From a virus (Duplodnaviria; Caudoviricetes), in the IMG/VR virus record IMGVR_UViG_3300046171_000271: DNA of 64,000 nt; one strand, written 5' to 3'. The notes under the pieces are model-generated. The model had not been told where the DNA came from. It saw only the letters and a list, made by a program, of their open reading frames with translations, and ran no database searches. The translations under genes were made by a program, and so were the position numbers. How positions within the stretch are numbered: position 1 is the stretch's first letter; each line of letters begins with the position of its first letter. This document shows positions 1 to 10,414 of this stretch, piece by piece.

Positions 1-2
1 CT

Positions 3-3000
3 GCATCTACTCTTGAAACCGCTAGAACAATCGGTGGTGTTTCTTTTGATGGTTCTGCAGATATCAATCTGCCTGGTGTAAACCAAGCTGGTAATCAGAA
101 TACTTCTGGTAATGCTGCTACAGCAACTGCACTTCAAACTGCTAGAAATATCGGTGGTGTCAGTTTCGACGGTACATCAAATATTGATTTACCTGGTGTA
201 AACACTGCTGGTAATCAGAATACTTCTGGTAACGCTGCAAGCGCAACTACATTGCAAAATGCAAGAACAATCGGTGGAGTTTCCTTCGATGGTTCAGCAA
301 ATATTGATCTGCCTGGTGTTAATGCAACAGGTAACCAAGATACTTCTGGTAATGCTGCTACAGCAACTGCTTTAGCAACAGCTAGAAATATTGGTGGTGT
401 AAGTTTTGATGGTACGGGTGATATCAATCTGCCTGGTGTTAATGCAACAGGTAACCAAGATACTTCTGGTAATGCTGCTACAGCAACTACACTGGAAACA
501 TCTAGAACTTTAGCTCTTTCTGGAGATGCTACAGGTTCTGCTTCGTTCGATGGTTCTGCTAACGCAACAATTGCGGCAACTCTTGCTAATAGTGGAGTTT
601 CTGCTGGATCATATGGTGGAGCTGCAGCAATTCCTGTACTTACCGTTGATGCCAAAGGACGTATCACTTCCGCAACTACTACCGCAGTTGGTAGCGGATT
701 AACCGTAACTGGTGATACTGGTTCAGAAGACATTGATCTTCTTACTGAAGGTTTGGCTATTACCGGTGGAACTAACCTTACTTCATCTGCTGCAAGTAAT
801 GGTGTTGAAGTCTCACTGAATCCTGATGTTTCTCTTACCAACTTAAATGCATCTGGTGTCGTAACCGCCACTTCATTCAAGACTGGTACTGAAGGTTCAT
901 CGATTCACATCAATAGTGCAACGATTACTGGCCCTTCATCAATTACTCTTGATCCTGCTGGTATTGGTGATAACACTGGCGTTGTTCACATTCTTGGTGA
1001 TCTTCAAGTTGAAGGTACAACCACAACAATTGACAGCACAACTGTTAATATTGTTGATAAGAATATTCAGATTGCAACTGGTGCTGCTAACGATGCTGCC
1101 GCTGATGGTGGTGGTATTACAGTTGACTCCGGTGAAGGAGATAAGACATTCCAGTTTGAAGCAACTGGAGATAACTTCGGTTCTTCCGAAAACATGAATC
1201 TTGCCTCTGGTAAGGTATATAAGATTAATAACACAGAAGTTCTTAGTGCTACAACACTTGGATCTGCAGTTGTTAACTCTTCACTGACATCTGTCGGTAC
1301 ACTTGGTTCTCTGAATGTTTCTGGTGCGCTGACTGGTTCTCACATTAGTGCTTCTGGAATCGTTACTGCTGCTTCCTTCAGTGGTTCTGGTTCAGGATTG
1401 TCTGCAGGTACAACTCCTCTTACAACTCTGGATATTGATGGTGCAACTGACATTGGTGCAGATCTTTCTGATGGCGATTTAATCGTAGTCGATGATGGTG
1501 CTGGTGGCACTAATCGTAAGTCTGCGATGTCCCGCGTTAAGGAATATGTCCTTGGTGGTGGTTCTGGAGGTAACTTCGAGCAACTTAATGTAACTGGCAT
1601 TTCTACGCTTGGACAAGCAACAGCAACTGGACTTGTAGTTTCTGGTGTTACCACTGCAACTGGTGGTATCGAAGGCAACTTAACCGGTAACGTAACTGGT
1701 AATGCTGATAGCGCAACTGCTCTTCAGACAGCACGTAATATTGGTGGTGTTTCCTTTGATGGTACTGCTGATATCAACCTGCCTGGTGTAAACCAATCTG
1801 GTAATCAAGATACTTCAGGTAACTCTGCAACTGCTACAACACTTGAGACTGCTAGAACAATTGGTGGAGTTTCCTTCAATGGTTCAGCAAATATTGATTT
1901 ACCTGGTGTAAATACCGCTGGTAACCAAGATACCTCAGGTAATGCAGCTACAGCAACTGCTCTGGCAACCGCTAGAAACATCGGTGGTGTTTCTTTTGAT
2001 GGTACTGCTGATATCAACTTACCTGGTGTTAACGCAACTGGTAATCAAGATACCTCAGGTAACGCTGCAACTGCTACAACACTTGAGACTGCTAGAACAA
2101 TTGGTGGAGTTTCCTTCGATGGTTCTGCAAATATCAACTTACCTGGTGTTAACGCAACTGGTAACCAAGATACCTCTGGTAATGCAGCTACAGCAACTGC
2201 TCTGGCAACCTCTAGAACATTAGCAATTTCTGGTGATGCTACAGGTTCTGCCACGTTTGATGGTTCTGCTAATGCTACTATCGCAGCAACTCTTGCTAAC
2301 AGTGGTGTCGCTGCAGCAACATATGGTTCTACAACTGCAGTACCTGTACTTACAGTTGATGCTAAGGGACGTATCACTTCAGCGACTACAGCTTCTGTTG
2401 GAACTGCCTTAACAGTAACTGGTGATAGTGGTTCTGAAGATATCAATCTTCTTACTGAAGGTTTAGCGATCACAGGTGGAACGAATCTCACCTCTTCTGC
2501 TGCATCTAATGGTGTTGCTATTTCTCTTGATAATGACATCTCAATCACAACTGCTGCTGTCTCTGGTGTCGTAACCGCTGGTGGTGGATTTGTTGGAGAT
2601 GTTGCAGGAGATCTGACTGGTGATGTAACTTCTACAGGACTTATCAGTGCTGCCCACATCAACGCTTCTGGTGTTACTACCTCTACAGGTGGTTTCGTAG
2701 GAAATGTTCAAGGTAACATCAACTCCACAGGACTTTCTACAGTCACTAATCTGGAAGTTGGTGGTTATGTCTCCATCGGAGATACTCATGGACAGATGAA
2801 CCAAGTTATGGCATCTGTTGGTGCTGGTGTAACTTGGAGAGATATTGTTGATGTTCTGCCTCAAACCAGAACTACTCAGACATTTACAGCAACTGCTGGA
2901 CAAACTACGTTCTCATTTAATTACAATGTGAACTACCTTGACGTATTCGTCAATGGTGTAAAACTGTCTAGCACTGAACTGACTGCTACTAATGGAACCT

Positions 3001-5030
3001 CAGTTGTTATCAGTGAAGCTCTCTTCGCTGGCGACATTGTCGAATTCCATTCTTACAATACTGCTGGTACTGGATCTGGTAGTGTTTCTAGTGCTAATGA
3101 TCTGACTGATATCACTTTATCAAGTGCATCAAATAACGATATTCTCGTTTATAACGGATCGGCATTCGTTAATCAACAGTCTCTGAACCTTTCTGGTAAT
3201 ATTGCTGCTGCAGATCTTACTCTGTCTGGCAACTTAACAGTTAACGGAACACAGACAGTTCTTAACACTGCTACTCTTAATGTTGAAGATCTGAACATCA
3301 CTCTTGCGAATGGTGCTGCTGATTCTTCTGCTGCTGATGGTGCTGGTATCACTATTGATGGTGCTGATGCAACCTTCAATTACTCACACAGCGGAACCAA
3401 GTGGGTTGCCAATAAGTCTATTGAAGCAACTTCTTTCCTTGGTAACGTAACTGGTAATGTAACCGGTAATGCTGATACAGCAACTGCTCTCCAGAACGCT
3501 AGAACAATCGGTGGAGTTTCCTTCGATGGTTCTGCAAATATCAACTTACCTGGCGTTAACGCAACAGGTAATCAAGATACCTCTGGTAACGCTGCTACAG
3601 CAACTGCTTTAGCAACCGCTAGATCAATCGGTGGAGTCAACTTTGATGGTACTGCTGGTATTAACCTTCCTGGTGTAAACCAAGCAGGTAACCAAGATAC
3701 CACTGGTAATGCTGCAACAGCAACTGCACTTGAGACTGCTAGAACAATCGGTGGAGTTTCCTTCAACGGATCCGCGAACATCGATCTCCCTGGTGTTAAC
3801 GCAACAGGTAACCAAGATACCACTGGTAATGCAGCTACAGCAACTGCTCTAGCAACCGCTAGAAACATTGGTGGAGTTTCCTTCGATGGTACAGGTAACA
3901 TCAACCTTCCTGGTGTTAACGCAGCAGGTAACCAAGATACAACTGGAACCGCTGCTCTTGCAGAGGGACTGACTGGTACACCTAGCATCGCTGTTAATGC
4001 AGTAACTTCATCACACATCAATAGTTCCGGTATTATTACTGCCACTTCATTCGTTGGTGATGGTTCTGGACTGACTGGTGTTGCGTCTACTGACAACATT
4101 CAGACTGCTACTGAAGCAGTATTCTTGAGTGGAGTCAAAATTACTGGTGTTACCACTGCAACTGGTGGTGTCGTCGGTGACTTAACCGGTGATGTAACTG
4201 GTAATGCTGATACAGCAACTGCACTTCAGACTGCTAGAAACATTGGTGGAGTTTCCTTTGATGGTTCTGCAAATATCAACCTTCCTGGTGTAAACCAAGC
4301 TGGTAATCAGGATACCTCAGGTAACGCTGCAACTGCTACAACACTTGAGACTGCTAGAAACATTGGTGGTGTCTCCTTTGATGGTTCTGCAAATATCAAC
4401 TTACCTGGTGTTAACGCAACTGGTAACCAAGATACCTCTGGCAACGCTGCAACTGCAACTCTTGCCACTAATGCTTCTGGACTGACAGGAACACCCAACG
4501 TAACTGTTGGAGTTGTTACTGCTACAGATCTGACACTTTCTGGTAACTTAACAGTTAACGGTACAACCACAACTCTGAATACAGCAACTTTAACTGTAGA
4601 AGATAAAAACATCGTTGTCGCTAGCGGTGCTGCTGATTCTTCTGCTGCTGATGGTGCTGGATTAACAGTTGATGGTGCGGATGCTACGTTCAACTATTCC
4701 CATAGTGGAACTAAGTGGGTTGCTAACAAGTCTATCGAAGCAACTTCATTCATCGGCGATGTAACAGGTGATGTAACAGGTAACACATCTGGTTCTTCCG
4801 GATCTTGTACTGGAAATGCTGCAACCGCAACGGCATTGCAGACTGCTAGAACAATCGGCGGAGTTTCCTTCGATGGTACAGGTAACATCAACTTACCTGG
4901 CGTTAATGCAGCAGGTAACCAAGATACCACTGGTAATGCTGCAACAGCAACTGCTTTGGCAACCGCCAGAACTATTGCTGGAGTCTCCTTCGACGGTTCC
5001 GCAGACATCTCTCTGAATAACAATGCCATT
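3..5030 (+). repeat. Coding 120-bp (40-aa) tandem repeat, about 15 full copies in 5 blocks
   Basis: Exact 120-nt periodicity, e.g. 301-360 vs 421-480. Blocks at about 3-480, 1710-2200, 3470-3950, 4200-4450 and 4820-5000. Confidence 0.95.
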
Positions 5031-5624
5031 ACTAATGGTGCTGGATATATTACAAGTTCTGGAACTGCTGCTCTTGCTCAAGGGATTACAGGGACACCTA
5101 GTGTCACTGTTAATACAGTAACAGCGTCACATATTAATAGTTCTGGTATTGTTACCGCTACCTCTTTCAGAGGTGATGGTTCTCAACTGACTGGAATCAG
5201 TGTTGATTCAACTTCACTGTTAGATTCTAACGGCGATACAAGAGTTGCTGCTACAACTTCTGGTGCTACTTTAACTGGAACCTTAACAGTAACTGGAGAT
5301 GTCGCTGCGACTAACTTTAACTCCACATCTGATATTACACTCAAGGATAATGTATCGATTATCGACAATGCGCTCGATATGATCAATAACCTTCAGGGTA
5401 TCAGTTGGAACTGGAAGCATGACGGAAAAGCATCTCTGGGTGTATCTGCTCAGAATGTTGAAATTGTTGCTCCTGAACTGGTTTCTAATGGAGATCATAA
5501 GGCTGTTAACTATAACGGACTTATTGGTATTCTGATTGAGGCAGTTAAGGAACAAAGCAACCAGATTAGCGAACTTCGCGTTGAACTTGCTAAAAAAGCA
5601 AATTCAAGAAGAAAACGCTCTTGA
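3..5624 (+). CDS. Long tail fibre protein (5' truncated) with 40-aa repeats and C-terminal intramolecular chaperone (peptidase S74-like)
   Basis: The frame of the 252..5624 ORF is open back to position 3. Gly/Thr/Ala/Asn-rich with ARTIGGVSFDGSANINLPGVN repeats. C-terminus SDITLKDNV...WNWK...LGVSAQNVE...VNYNGLIGILIEAVKE is typical of fibre chaperones. Confidence 0.9.
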   Translation, partial: ASTLETARTIGGVSFDGSADINLPGVNQAGNQNTSGNAATATALQTARNIGGVSFDGTSNIDLPGVNTAGNQNTSGNAASATTLQNARTIGGVSFDGSANIDLPGVNATGNQDTSGNAATATALATARNIGGVSFDGTGDINLPGVNATGNQDTSGNAATATTLETSRTLALSGDATGSASFDGSANATIAATLANSGVSAGSYGGAAAIPVLTVDAKGRITSATTTAVGSGLTVTGDTGSEDIDLLTEGLAITGGTNLTSSAASNGVEVSLNPDVSLTNLNASGVVTATSFKTGTEGSSIHINSATITGPSSITLDPAGIGDNTGVVHILGDLQVEGTTTTIDSTTVNIVDKNIQIATGAANDAAADGGGITVDSGEGDKTFQFEATGDNFGSSENMNLASGKVYKINNTEVLSATTLGSAVVNSSLTSVGTLGSLNVSGALTGSHISASGIVTAASFSGSGSGLSAGTTPLTTLDIDGATDIGADLSDGDLIVVDDGAGGTNRKSAMSRVKEYVLGGGSGGNFEQLNVTGISTLGQATATGLVVSGVTTATGGIEGNLTGNVTGNADSATALQTARNIGGVSFDGTADINLPGVNQSGNQDTSGNSATATTLETARTIGGVSFNGSANIDLPGVNTAGNQDTSGNAATATALATARNIGGVSFDGTADINLPGVNATGNQDTSGNAATATTLETARTIGGVSFDGSANINLPGVNATGNQDTSGNAATATALATSRTLAISGDATGSATFDGSANATIAATLANSGVAAATYGSTTAVPVLTVDAKGRITSATTASVGTALTVTGDSGSEDINLLTEGLAITGGTNLTSSAASNGVAISLDNDISITTAAVSGVVTAGGGFVGDVAGDLTGDVTSTGLISAAHINASGVTTSTGGFVGNVQGNINSTGLSTVTNLEVGGYVSIGDTHGQMNQVMASVGAGVTWRDIVDVLPQTRTTQTFTATAGQTTFSFNYNVNYLDVFVNGVKLSSTELTATNGTSVVISEALFAGDIVEFHSYNTAGTGSGSVSSANDLTDITLSSASNNDILVYNGSAFVNQQSLNLSGNIAAADLTLSGNLTVNGTQTVLNTATLNVEDLNITLANGAADSSAADGAGITIDGADATFNYSHSGTKWVANKSIEATSFLGNVTGNVTGNADTATALQNARTIGGVSFDGSANINLPGVNATGNQDTSGNAATATALATARSIGGVNFDGTAGINLPGVNQAGNQDTTGNAATATALETARTIGGVSFNGSANIDLPGVNATGNQDTTGNAATATALATARNIGGVSFDGTGNINLPGVNAAGNQDTTGTAALAEGLTGTPSIAVNAVTSSHINSSGIITATSFVGDGSGLTGVASTDNIQTATEAVFLSGVKITGVTTATGGVVGDLTGDVTGNADTATALQTARNIGGVSFDGSANINLPGVNQAGNQDTSGNAATATTLETARNIGGVSFDGSANINLPGVNATGNQDTSGNAATATLATNASGLTGTPNVTVGVVTATDLTLSGNLTVNGTTTTLNTATLTVEDKNIVVASGAADSSAADGAGLTVDGADATFNYSHSGTKWVANKSIEATSFIGDVTGDVTGNTSGSSGSCTGNAATATALQTARTIGGVSFDGTGNINLPGVNAAGNQDTTGNAATATALATARTIAGVSFDGSADISLNNNAITNGAGYITSSGTAALAQGITGTPSVTVNTVTASHINSSGIVTATSFRGDGSQLTGISVDSTSLLDSNGDTRVAATTSGATLTGTLTVTGDVAATNFNSTSDITLKDNVSIIDNALDMINNLQGISWNWKHDGKASLGVSAQNVEIVAPELVSNGDHKAVNYNGLIGILIEAVKEQSNQISELRVELAKKANSRRKRS

Positions 5625-5662
5625 GGGTTAAGTTCTCTACTAAATAGTGAAAAACCTTATTC

Positions 5663-7405
5663 ATGGCACGCGGTAGGGAACTATCTCAGTTAGGATCTTT
5701 AATCGAGATTGAAGATTCTACTAAAAATATGGGGGTGGGTATTGCCACCCCTTCCCAAAAAATTGGTATAGGAACTCTATCCCCAACCTCCAAAGTAGAG
5801 GTGGTTGGGGATGTTTTTATATCTGGAATTATAACTGCAACTACTTTATCTGGAGATGGTTCTGGATTAAGTAATGTTCCTGGAAGTGCATTTTCTAACC
5901 TTTCAGAAGATACCACTCCTCAGTTAGGTGGAAATTTAGATGTAAATGGAAAAGATATAACTGGTACTGGAAATTTAAATATTTCTGGAGTAATAACTGC
6001 AACTTCATTCTCTGGTAATGGTTCTGCACTTATAGGTGTCGCATCAACCGATAACATTCAAACTGCTACTGAAGCAGTATTTTTGAGTGGAGTAAAAATT
6101 ACTGGTGTTACCACTGCAACTGGTGGTGTCGTTGGAAACTTAACTGGTAATGTAACTGGAAATACATCTGGAAGTTCGGGAAGCTGCACAGGAAATGCTG
6201 CTACAGCAACTATTCTGCAGACTTCTAGAACAATTGCTGGAGTGTCATTTGACGGTAGTGCGAATATAAGTCTCAATAATAATGCAATTACTAATGGTGC
6301 AGGATATATTACAACATCTCATGGATTTACTAACACCAATCAATTAACAAATGGTGCTGGATTTATCACCTCAAGTGATGATATTTCAGGAAATGCTGCT
6401 ACAGCAACTATTCTGCAGACTTCTAGAACAATTGCTGGAGTATCATTTGATGGAAGCTCAAATATAAGTTTGAACAATAATGCTATAACGAATGGTGCCG
6501 GATATATTACAAGTTCTGGAACTGCTTCTCTCTCTGAGGGACTAACAGGAACACCCAACGTAACTGTTGGAGTTGTCACTGCATCGGATTTAACTTTATC
6601 TGGTAACTTAACAGTAAACGGAACTACTACAACTCTCAATACAGCAACTTTAACTGTAGAAGATAAAAATATTACCTTAGCTAGTGGTGCTGCTTCATCT
6701 TCAGATGCGGATGGTTCTGGACTGACAGTTTCTGGGGCAAATGCCACCTTTAACTATTCACATAGTGGAACTAAGTGGGTTGCTAACAAGTCTATCGAAG
6801 CAACTTCATTTATCGGTAATGTAACAGGTAACACATCTGGTTCATCAGGATCCTGTACTGGTAACTCTGCTACTGCAACTGCTCTTGCAACCGCCAGAAC
6901 AATTGCTGGAGTATCATTTGATGGAAGCTCAAATATAAGTTTGAACAATAATGCTATAACGAATGGTGCCGGATATATTACGACATCACATGCATTTACT
7001 AATACCAATCAATTAACAAATGGTGCCGGATATATTACAAGTTCTGGAACTGCTGCACTTGCACAAGGATTAACTGGAACACCCAGTATTTCAGTTACAA
7101 ATATTAATGCTTCCGGAGATGTTTCCGCTGCTAATTTCAACTCTACATCCGATATTACTTTAAAGCAAGATGTTTCTGTAATTGATAACGCACTTGAAAT
7201 GATTAGCCAACTTGAAGGTGTCAGTTGGAAATGGAAAGAGTCTCTTGAACCATCACTTGGTGTGACTGCACAGAATGTAGAAGAGGTTGCCCCAGAGTTA
7301 GTTTCAAATGGAGATCATAAGTCAGTCAACTACAATGGACTCATTGGTATCTTAATTGAAGCAGTCAAAGAACTAAAATATGAAGTTGACAAATTAAAGA
7401 GATAA
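5663..7405 (+). CDS. Second tail fibre protein with S74-like chaperone, paralogous to the upstream fibre
   Basis: Shares modules with the upstream fibre (TFNYSHSGTKWVANKSIEATSF; STDNIQTATEAVFLSG), has 3 RTIAGVSFDGS(A/S)NISLNNNAITNGAGYIT repeats, and has the same chaperone C-terminus. Confidence 0.88.
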   Translation: MARGRELSQLGSLIEIEDSTKNMGVGIATPSQKIGIGTLSPTSKVEVVGDVFISGIITATTLSGDGSGLSNVPGSAFSNLSEDTTPQLGGNLDVNGKDITGTGNLNISGVITATSFSGNGSALIGVASTDNIQTATEAVFLSGVKITGVTTATGGVVGNLTGNVTGNTSGSSGSCTGNAATATILQTSRTIAGVSFDGSANISLNNNAITNGAGYITTSHGFTNTNQLTNGAGFITSSDDISGNAATATILQTSRTIAGVSFDGSSNISLNNNAITNGAGYITSSGTASLSEGLTGTPNVTVGVVTASDLTLSGNLTVNGTTTTLNTATLTVEDKNITLASGAASSSDADGSGLTVSGANATFNYSHSGTKWVANKSIEATSFIGNVTGNTSGSSGSCTGNSATATALATARTIAGVSFDGSSNISLNNNAITNGAGYITTSHAFTNTNQLTNGAGYITSSGTAALAQGLTGTPSISVTNINASGDVSAANFNSTSDITLKQDVSVIDNALEMISQLEGVSWKWKESLEPSLGVTAQNVEEVAPELVSNGDHKSVNYNGLIGILIEAVKELKYEVDKLKR

Positions 7406-7430
7406 ATATAAAAGAGACTTCTTGTTTCTT

Positions 7431-9182
7431 ATGAAAAAATGTCCTGCAGGACAGTATTACTGTTTTACCGATAAAAAATGTAAGAAGATACCCATGGGAT
7501 ATCATGTGGGTGGAAGAGGTATGCTTGAGAAAGATACCGAAGAAAGTGAAGCAAAGAAAAATGGTAATGGCGATGGAAACGGTAATGGAAATAGTAATGG
7601 AAACGGTAATGGTGCTAACAGCGGTAACGGCGGTGGTAATGGTGGTGGCATGGGGGAACAAGTAGTCTATGAAGGTGGAACTCTCCATAAATGGTTTAAA
7701 GGTTCTAAATCTAAAGATGGTAAAGGTGGATGGGTGAATGTTGTTACTGGCGGAACGTGCGCTAGTGATAAACCAGGTGAAGGAACTCCAAAATGTGTTT
7801 CTTCTGCAAAGAGAGCAAGCATGACTAAAGCAGAAAGACTTTCTGCTGCCAGAAGAAAGAAAAAAGCAGATCCTGGACAACAACAAAAAACAGGAGCTGC
7901 AAAACCAACATATGTTAAAACTGATAGTCCTAGGGAAGAGATGAACAACGACAATCTTAAACTCATCCAAGAAAAGGACAAAAAAGGAAAGGGTAGCGGT
8001 ACAAAAGATGCCTGTTACCATAAAGTTAAATCTCGCTACAGTGTTTGGCCAAGTGCATATGCGTCAGGAGCACTTGTCAAATGTCGTAAAGTAGGTGCAG
8101 CAAACTGGGGTAATAAGTCGGAGGGACTTTCCTGGGAAGAATTAACTGAGAGGTTTAGAACACAATACCGCGATAAAACTAAACTCTCACAATCATCAGA
8201 ACGAAAACTACTTGGTAGAAGATCATCTACCAAAGATGGTTCCAAACCAACAGGTTATGAATCTCCCAAAGAGTTTCGCGATAAATCAATGCCATTAAGA
8301 AAGCATCGCGAAAGATTTGGTGATCTCGCTAAAGAAGAGACATCACTCGATGAGAAATGCTGGCCTGGTTATGAAAAGAAAGGTATGAAGACTATGTTTG
8401 GAAAAAGATATCCAAACTGCGTCAAAAAGAAAGCAACCAGAAAGGAGCAGGTTGAGGAAGCTACGAGACTCCCCGCTACTACTGGAAATATTATTGATGT
8501 AAATATTGTCTTTAGAGGAAGATCTTACATGCTCAAGATGTTCTTCCCTAAGGTTGGCATCCCCAGCAGATCCGATGTTATTGATCAAATAGAAAAAGTA
8601 TATCCTGGCGCAAAATTAACGTTTTTCAGAGTCTCAGACTATGAACCAGGACAACCAATCATCAAAGTCACAGAACATAGAGAACGAGAAGAAGAAGTCG
8701 GAGCAATTGTTGAAACTGCTTCAAATGACTCAGCAGCAACAGGAAAATTCACTGAGGAAACCGAAGGGACATTAAATGAAATGGAGAAACCCCTTTCTTC
8801 TCAAGAGATTGCCCTTCAAAGAAAAAAATCACAAATTGATATGATGATTTTAAAAAAAAGAAATCAAGCAATGAAAAAAGATGCTCAACAAATGAAAAAA
8901 GATGAAGTGGCAAAAGAGGAAGCAATTCTAGAAAAGACTGCTGCTTGGACAAGAAAAGCAGGTAAGAACAAAGAAGGTGGACTTAACGAAAAAGGACGCA
9001 AGTCTTATGAAAGAGAGAACCCAGGTTCTGATCTGAAAGCACCTTCTAAAAAAGTTGGTAACAAAAGAAGAGCATCATTCTGTGCCCGTATGCGTGGGAT
9101 GAAGAAGAAACTTACTTCTGCCAAAACTGCTAACGATCCAGATAGCAGAATCAATAAGTCCCTCCGCGCTTGGAATTGCTGA
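7431..9182 (+). CDS. Mosaic hypothetical late protein with Gly/Asn low-complexity tract and basic conserved domains
   Basis: ATG at 7431 behind a late-promoter-like GATAAATA. Contains WPSAYASGALVKCRK and RRASFCARM...SRINKSLRAWNC blocks that I recognise from cyanophage hypotheticals. Confidence 0.75.
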   Translation: MKKCPAGQYYCFTDKKCKKIPMGYHVGGRGMLEKDTEESEAKKNGNGDGNGNGNSNGNGNGANSGNGGGNGGGMGEQVVYEGGTLHKWFKGSKSKDGKGGWVNVVTGGTCASDKPGEGTPKCVSSAKRASMTKAERLSAARRKKKADPGQQQKTGAAKPTYVKTDSPREEMNNDNLKLIQEKDKKGKGSGTKDACYHKVKSRYSVWPSAYASGALVKCRKVGAANWGNKSEGLSWEELTERFRTQYRDKTKLSQSSERKLLGRRSSTKDGSKPTGYESPKEFRDKSMPLRKHRERFGDLAKEETSLDEKCWPGYEKKGMKTMFGKRYPNCVKKKATRKEQVEEATRLPATTGNIIDVNIVFRGRSYMLKMFFPKVGIPSRSDVIDQIEKVYPGAKLTFFRVSDYEPGQPIIKVTEHREREEEVGAIVETASNDSAATGKFTEETEGTLNEMEKPLSSQEIALQRKKSQIDMMILKKRNQAMKKDAQQMKKDEVAKEEAILEKTAAWTRKAGKNKEGGLNEKGRKSYERENPGSDLKAPSKKVGNKRRASFCARMRGMKKKLTSAKTANDPDSRINKSLRAWNC

Positions 9183-9183
9183 T

Positions 9184-9489
9184 ATGAAAAGTTTTCAACA
9201 ATTTTTATCTGAAAGTATCACCATCAATGGAGACTTCAACGGAACTCTCAATGTAGGAAGTTCTCAACCTGAACAGCAAGAAGAATCATTTTTTGCAGAT
9301 GTTGTTTGGGAAGGTAAAATTTATCGCCTTGAATTAGAAGGAAAGATAATGAATAAAAATGAAATTACAGAACAAATTCAGGATGAATACCCAGGTGCGA
9401 TTGTCCACAATGTGTATCCTGGAGAAGCATCATCAAAAATTAAAAGCGTAAAAAGATATCAACCAGAAAGATTAAATTGGAGTGACTAA
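9184..9489 (+). CDS. Hypothetical protein (cyanophage-type MKSFQQFLSE start)
   Basis: ORF tightly packed between its neighbours. Confidence 0.7.
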   Translation: MKSFQQFLSESITINGDFNGTLNVGSSQPEQQEESFFADVVWEGKIYRLELEGKIMNKNEITEQIQDEYPGAIVHNVYPGEASSKIKSVKRYQPERLNWSD

Positions 9490-9491
9490 TT

Positions 9492-10409
9492 ATGGCTCAG
9501 TGGAATTCCGGTATCGGAACTTATTTAAAAGACAATAAGACTTTATTTGAAGTAATTGGTGTTGCTTCAAGCGATGGACAATACATATCAACAGATAATA
9601 GATTTCCAGTAGATGCAACATTTGCTGAGGGTGTTGAAGTTTCTATTGGTAATAGCATAACAGTAAATCAAGGAACTTCACCTTGGGTGATATCACCCAT
9701 ACCTCAAGTTTCTTTACCTCTAGGATACGGACAAATCCACAAGTTTGGTGCTGTTCCTGAAATGAGTCAGAACACTAACGGCACTATTTGGGATGAGAAC
9801 GATACCATTTATCCGTGGGATACAGTAGGAGCAGGAAGTACAATAGAAGTAAGAGTTGTAGAACCAAATAATGAAAATAGTACCAGTACAGATCTTGATG
9901 GAGATACTGTAGAGATTCAAGGACTTGATGTTAACTATAATGTTATCACAGAAACTGTAAATATATCTGGATTCTCGGGAATTACTACTAATACATTTTA
10001 TAGAGTGTATAGAGCAATCTATCAAAACACTACAGATGTTGCAAATAGTAAAAGAATCTTACTTAGAATGTCAACAACTACGGTGGGAAAAATATTAGAG
10101 AATGTGGGACAGACATTGATGGCTGTGTATACAATACCTGCAGGCAAAACCGGACATATAATGAGATTAGATGTAACTGCACAGGGAACAGCAACAGGCA
10201 GTTTTAAACTGTATGTTCGTGAAGGTGGTACAGGTAATTTTGGAGTGAAGCATATTGCAGAAGTAAATGGTGTTGGTGGGCCATATCAACTTACTTATCC
10301 AATCCCCCAATCATTCCCAGAAAAAACAGATATTGATGCAAGAATGCATACATTTTCAAATAATGGTAGATATACCTGCACTTTTGATATTTTACTTACG
10401 GATAATTAA
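9492..10409 (+). CDS. Hypothetical beta-rich, probably virion-associated protein
   Basis: 305-aa ORF in the late operon; Thr/Gly/Val-rich. Confidence 0.65.
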   Translation: MAQWNSGIGTYLKDNKTLFEVIGVASSDGQYISTDNRFPVDATFAEGVEVSIGNSITVNQGTSPWVISPIPQVSLPLGYGQIHKFGAVPEMSQNTNGTIWDENDTIYPWDTVGAGSTIEVRVVEPNNENSTSTDLDGDTVEIQGLDVNYNVITETVNISGFSGITTNTFYRVYRAIYQNTTDVANSKRILLRMSTTTVGKILENVGQTLMAVYTIPAGKTGHIMRLDVTAQGTATGSFKLYVREGGTGNFGVKHIAEVNGVGGPYQLTYPIPQSFPEKTDIDARMHTFSNNGRYTCTFDILLTDN

Positions 10410-10414
10410 TTATT

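Noticed and set aside
3-5030. 120-bp repeats as a CRISPR array or DGR template/variable repeat
   Set aside because: The repeats are in-frame coding with synonymous-site variation and no unique spacers. No cas or reverse transcriptase gene and no adenine-specific mismatch pattern was seen.
215-6747. Long minus-strand ORFs opposite the fibre genes
   Set aside because: Shadow ORFs caused by the GCT/ACT/GGT codon bias and repeats of the + strand fibres; no RBS or family motifs.
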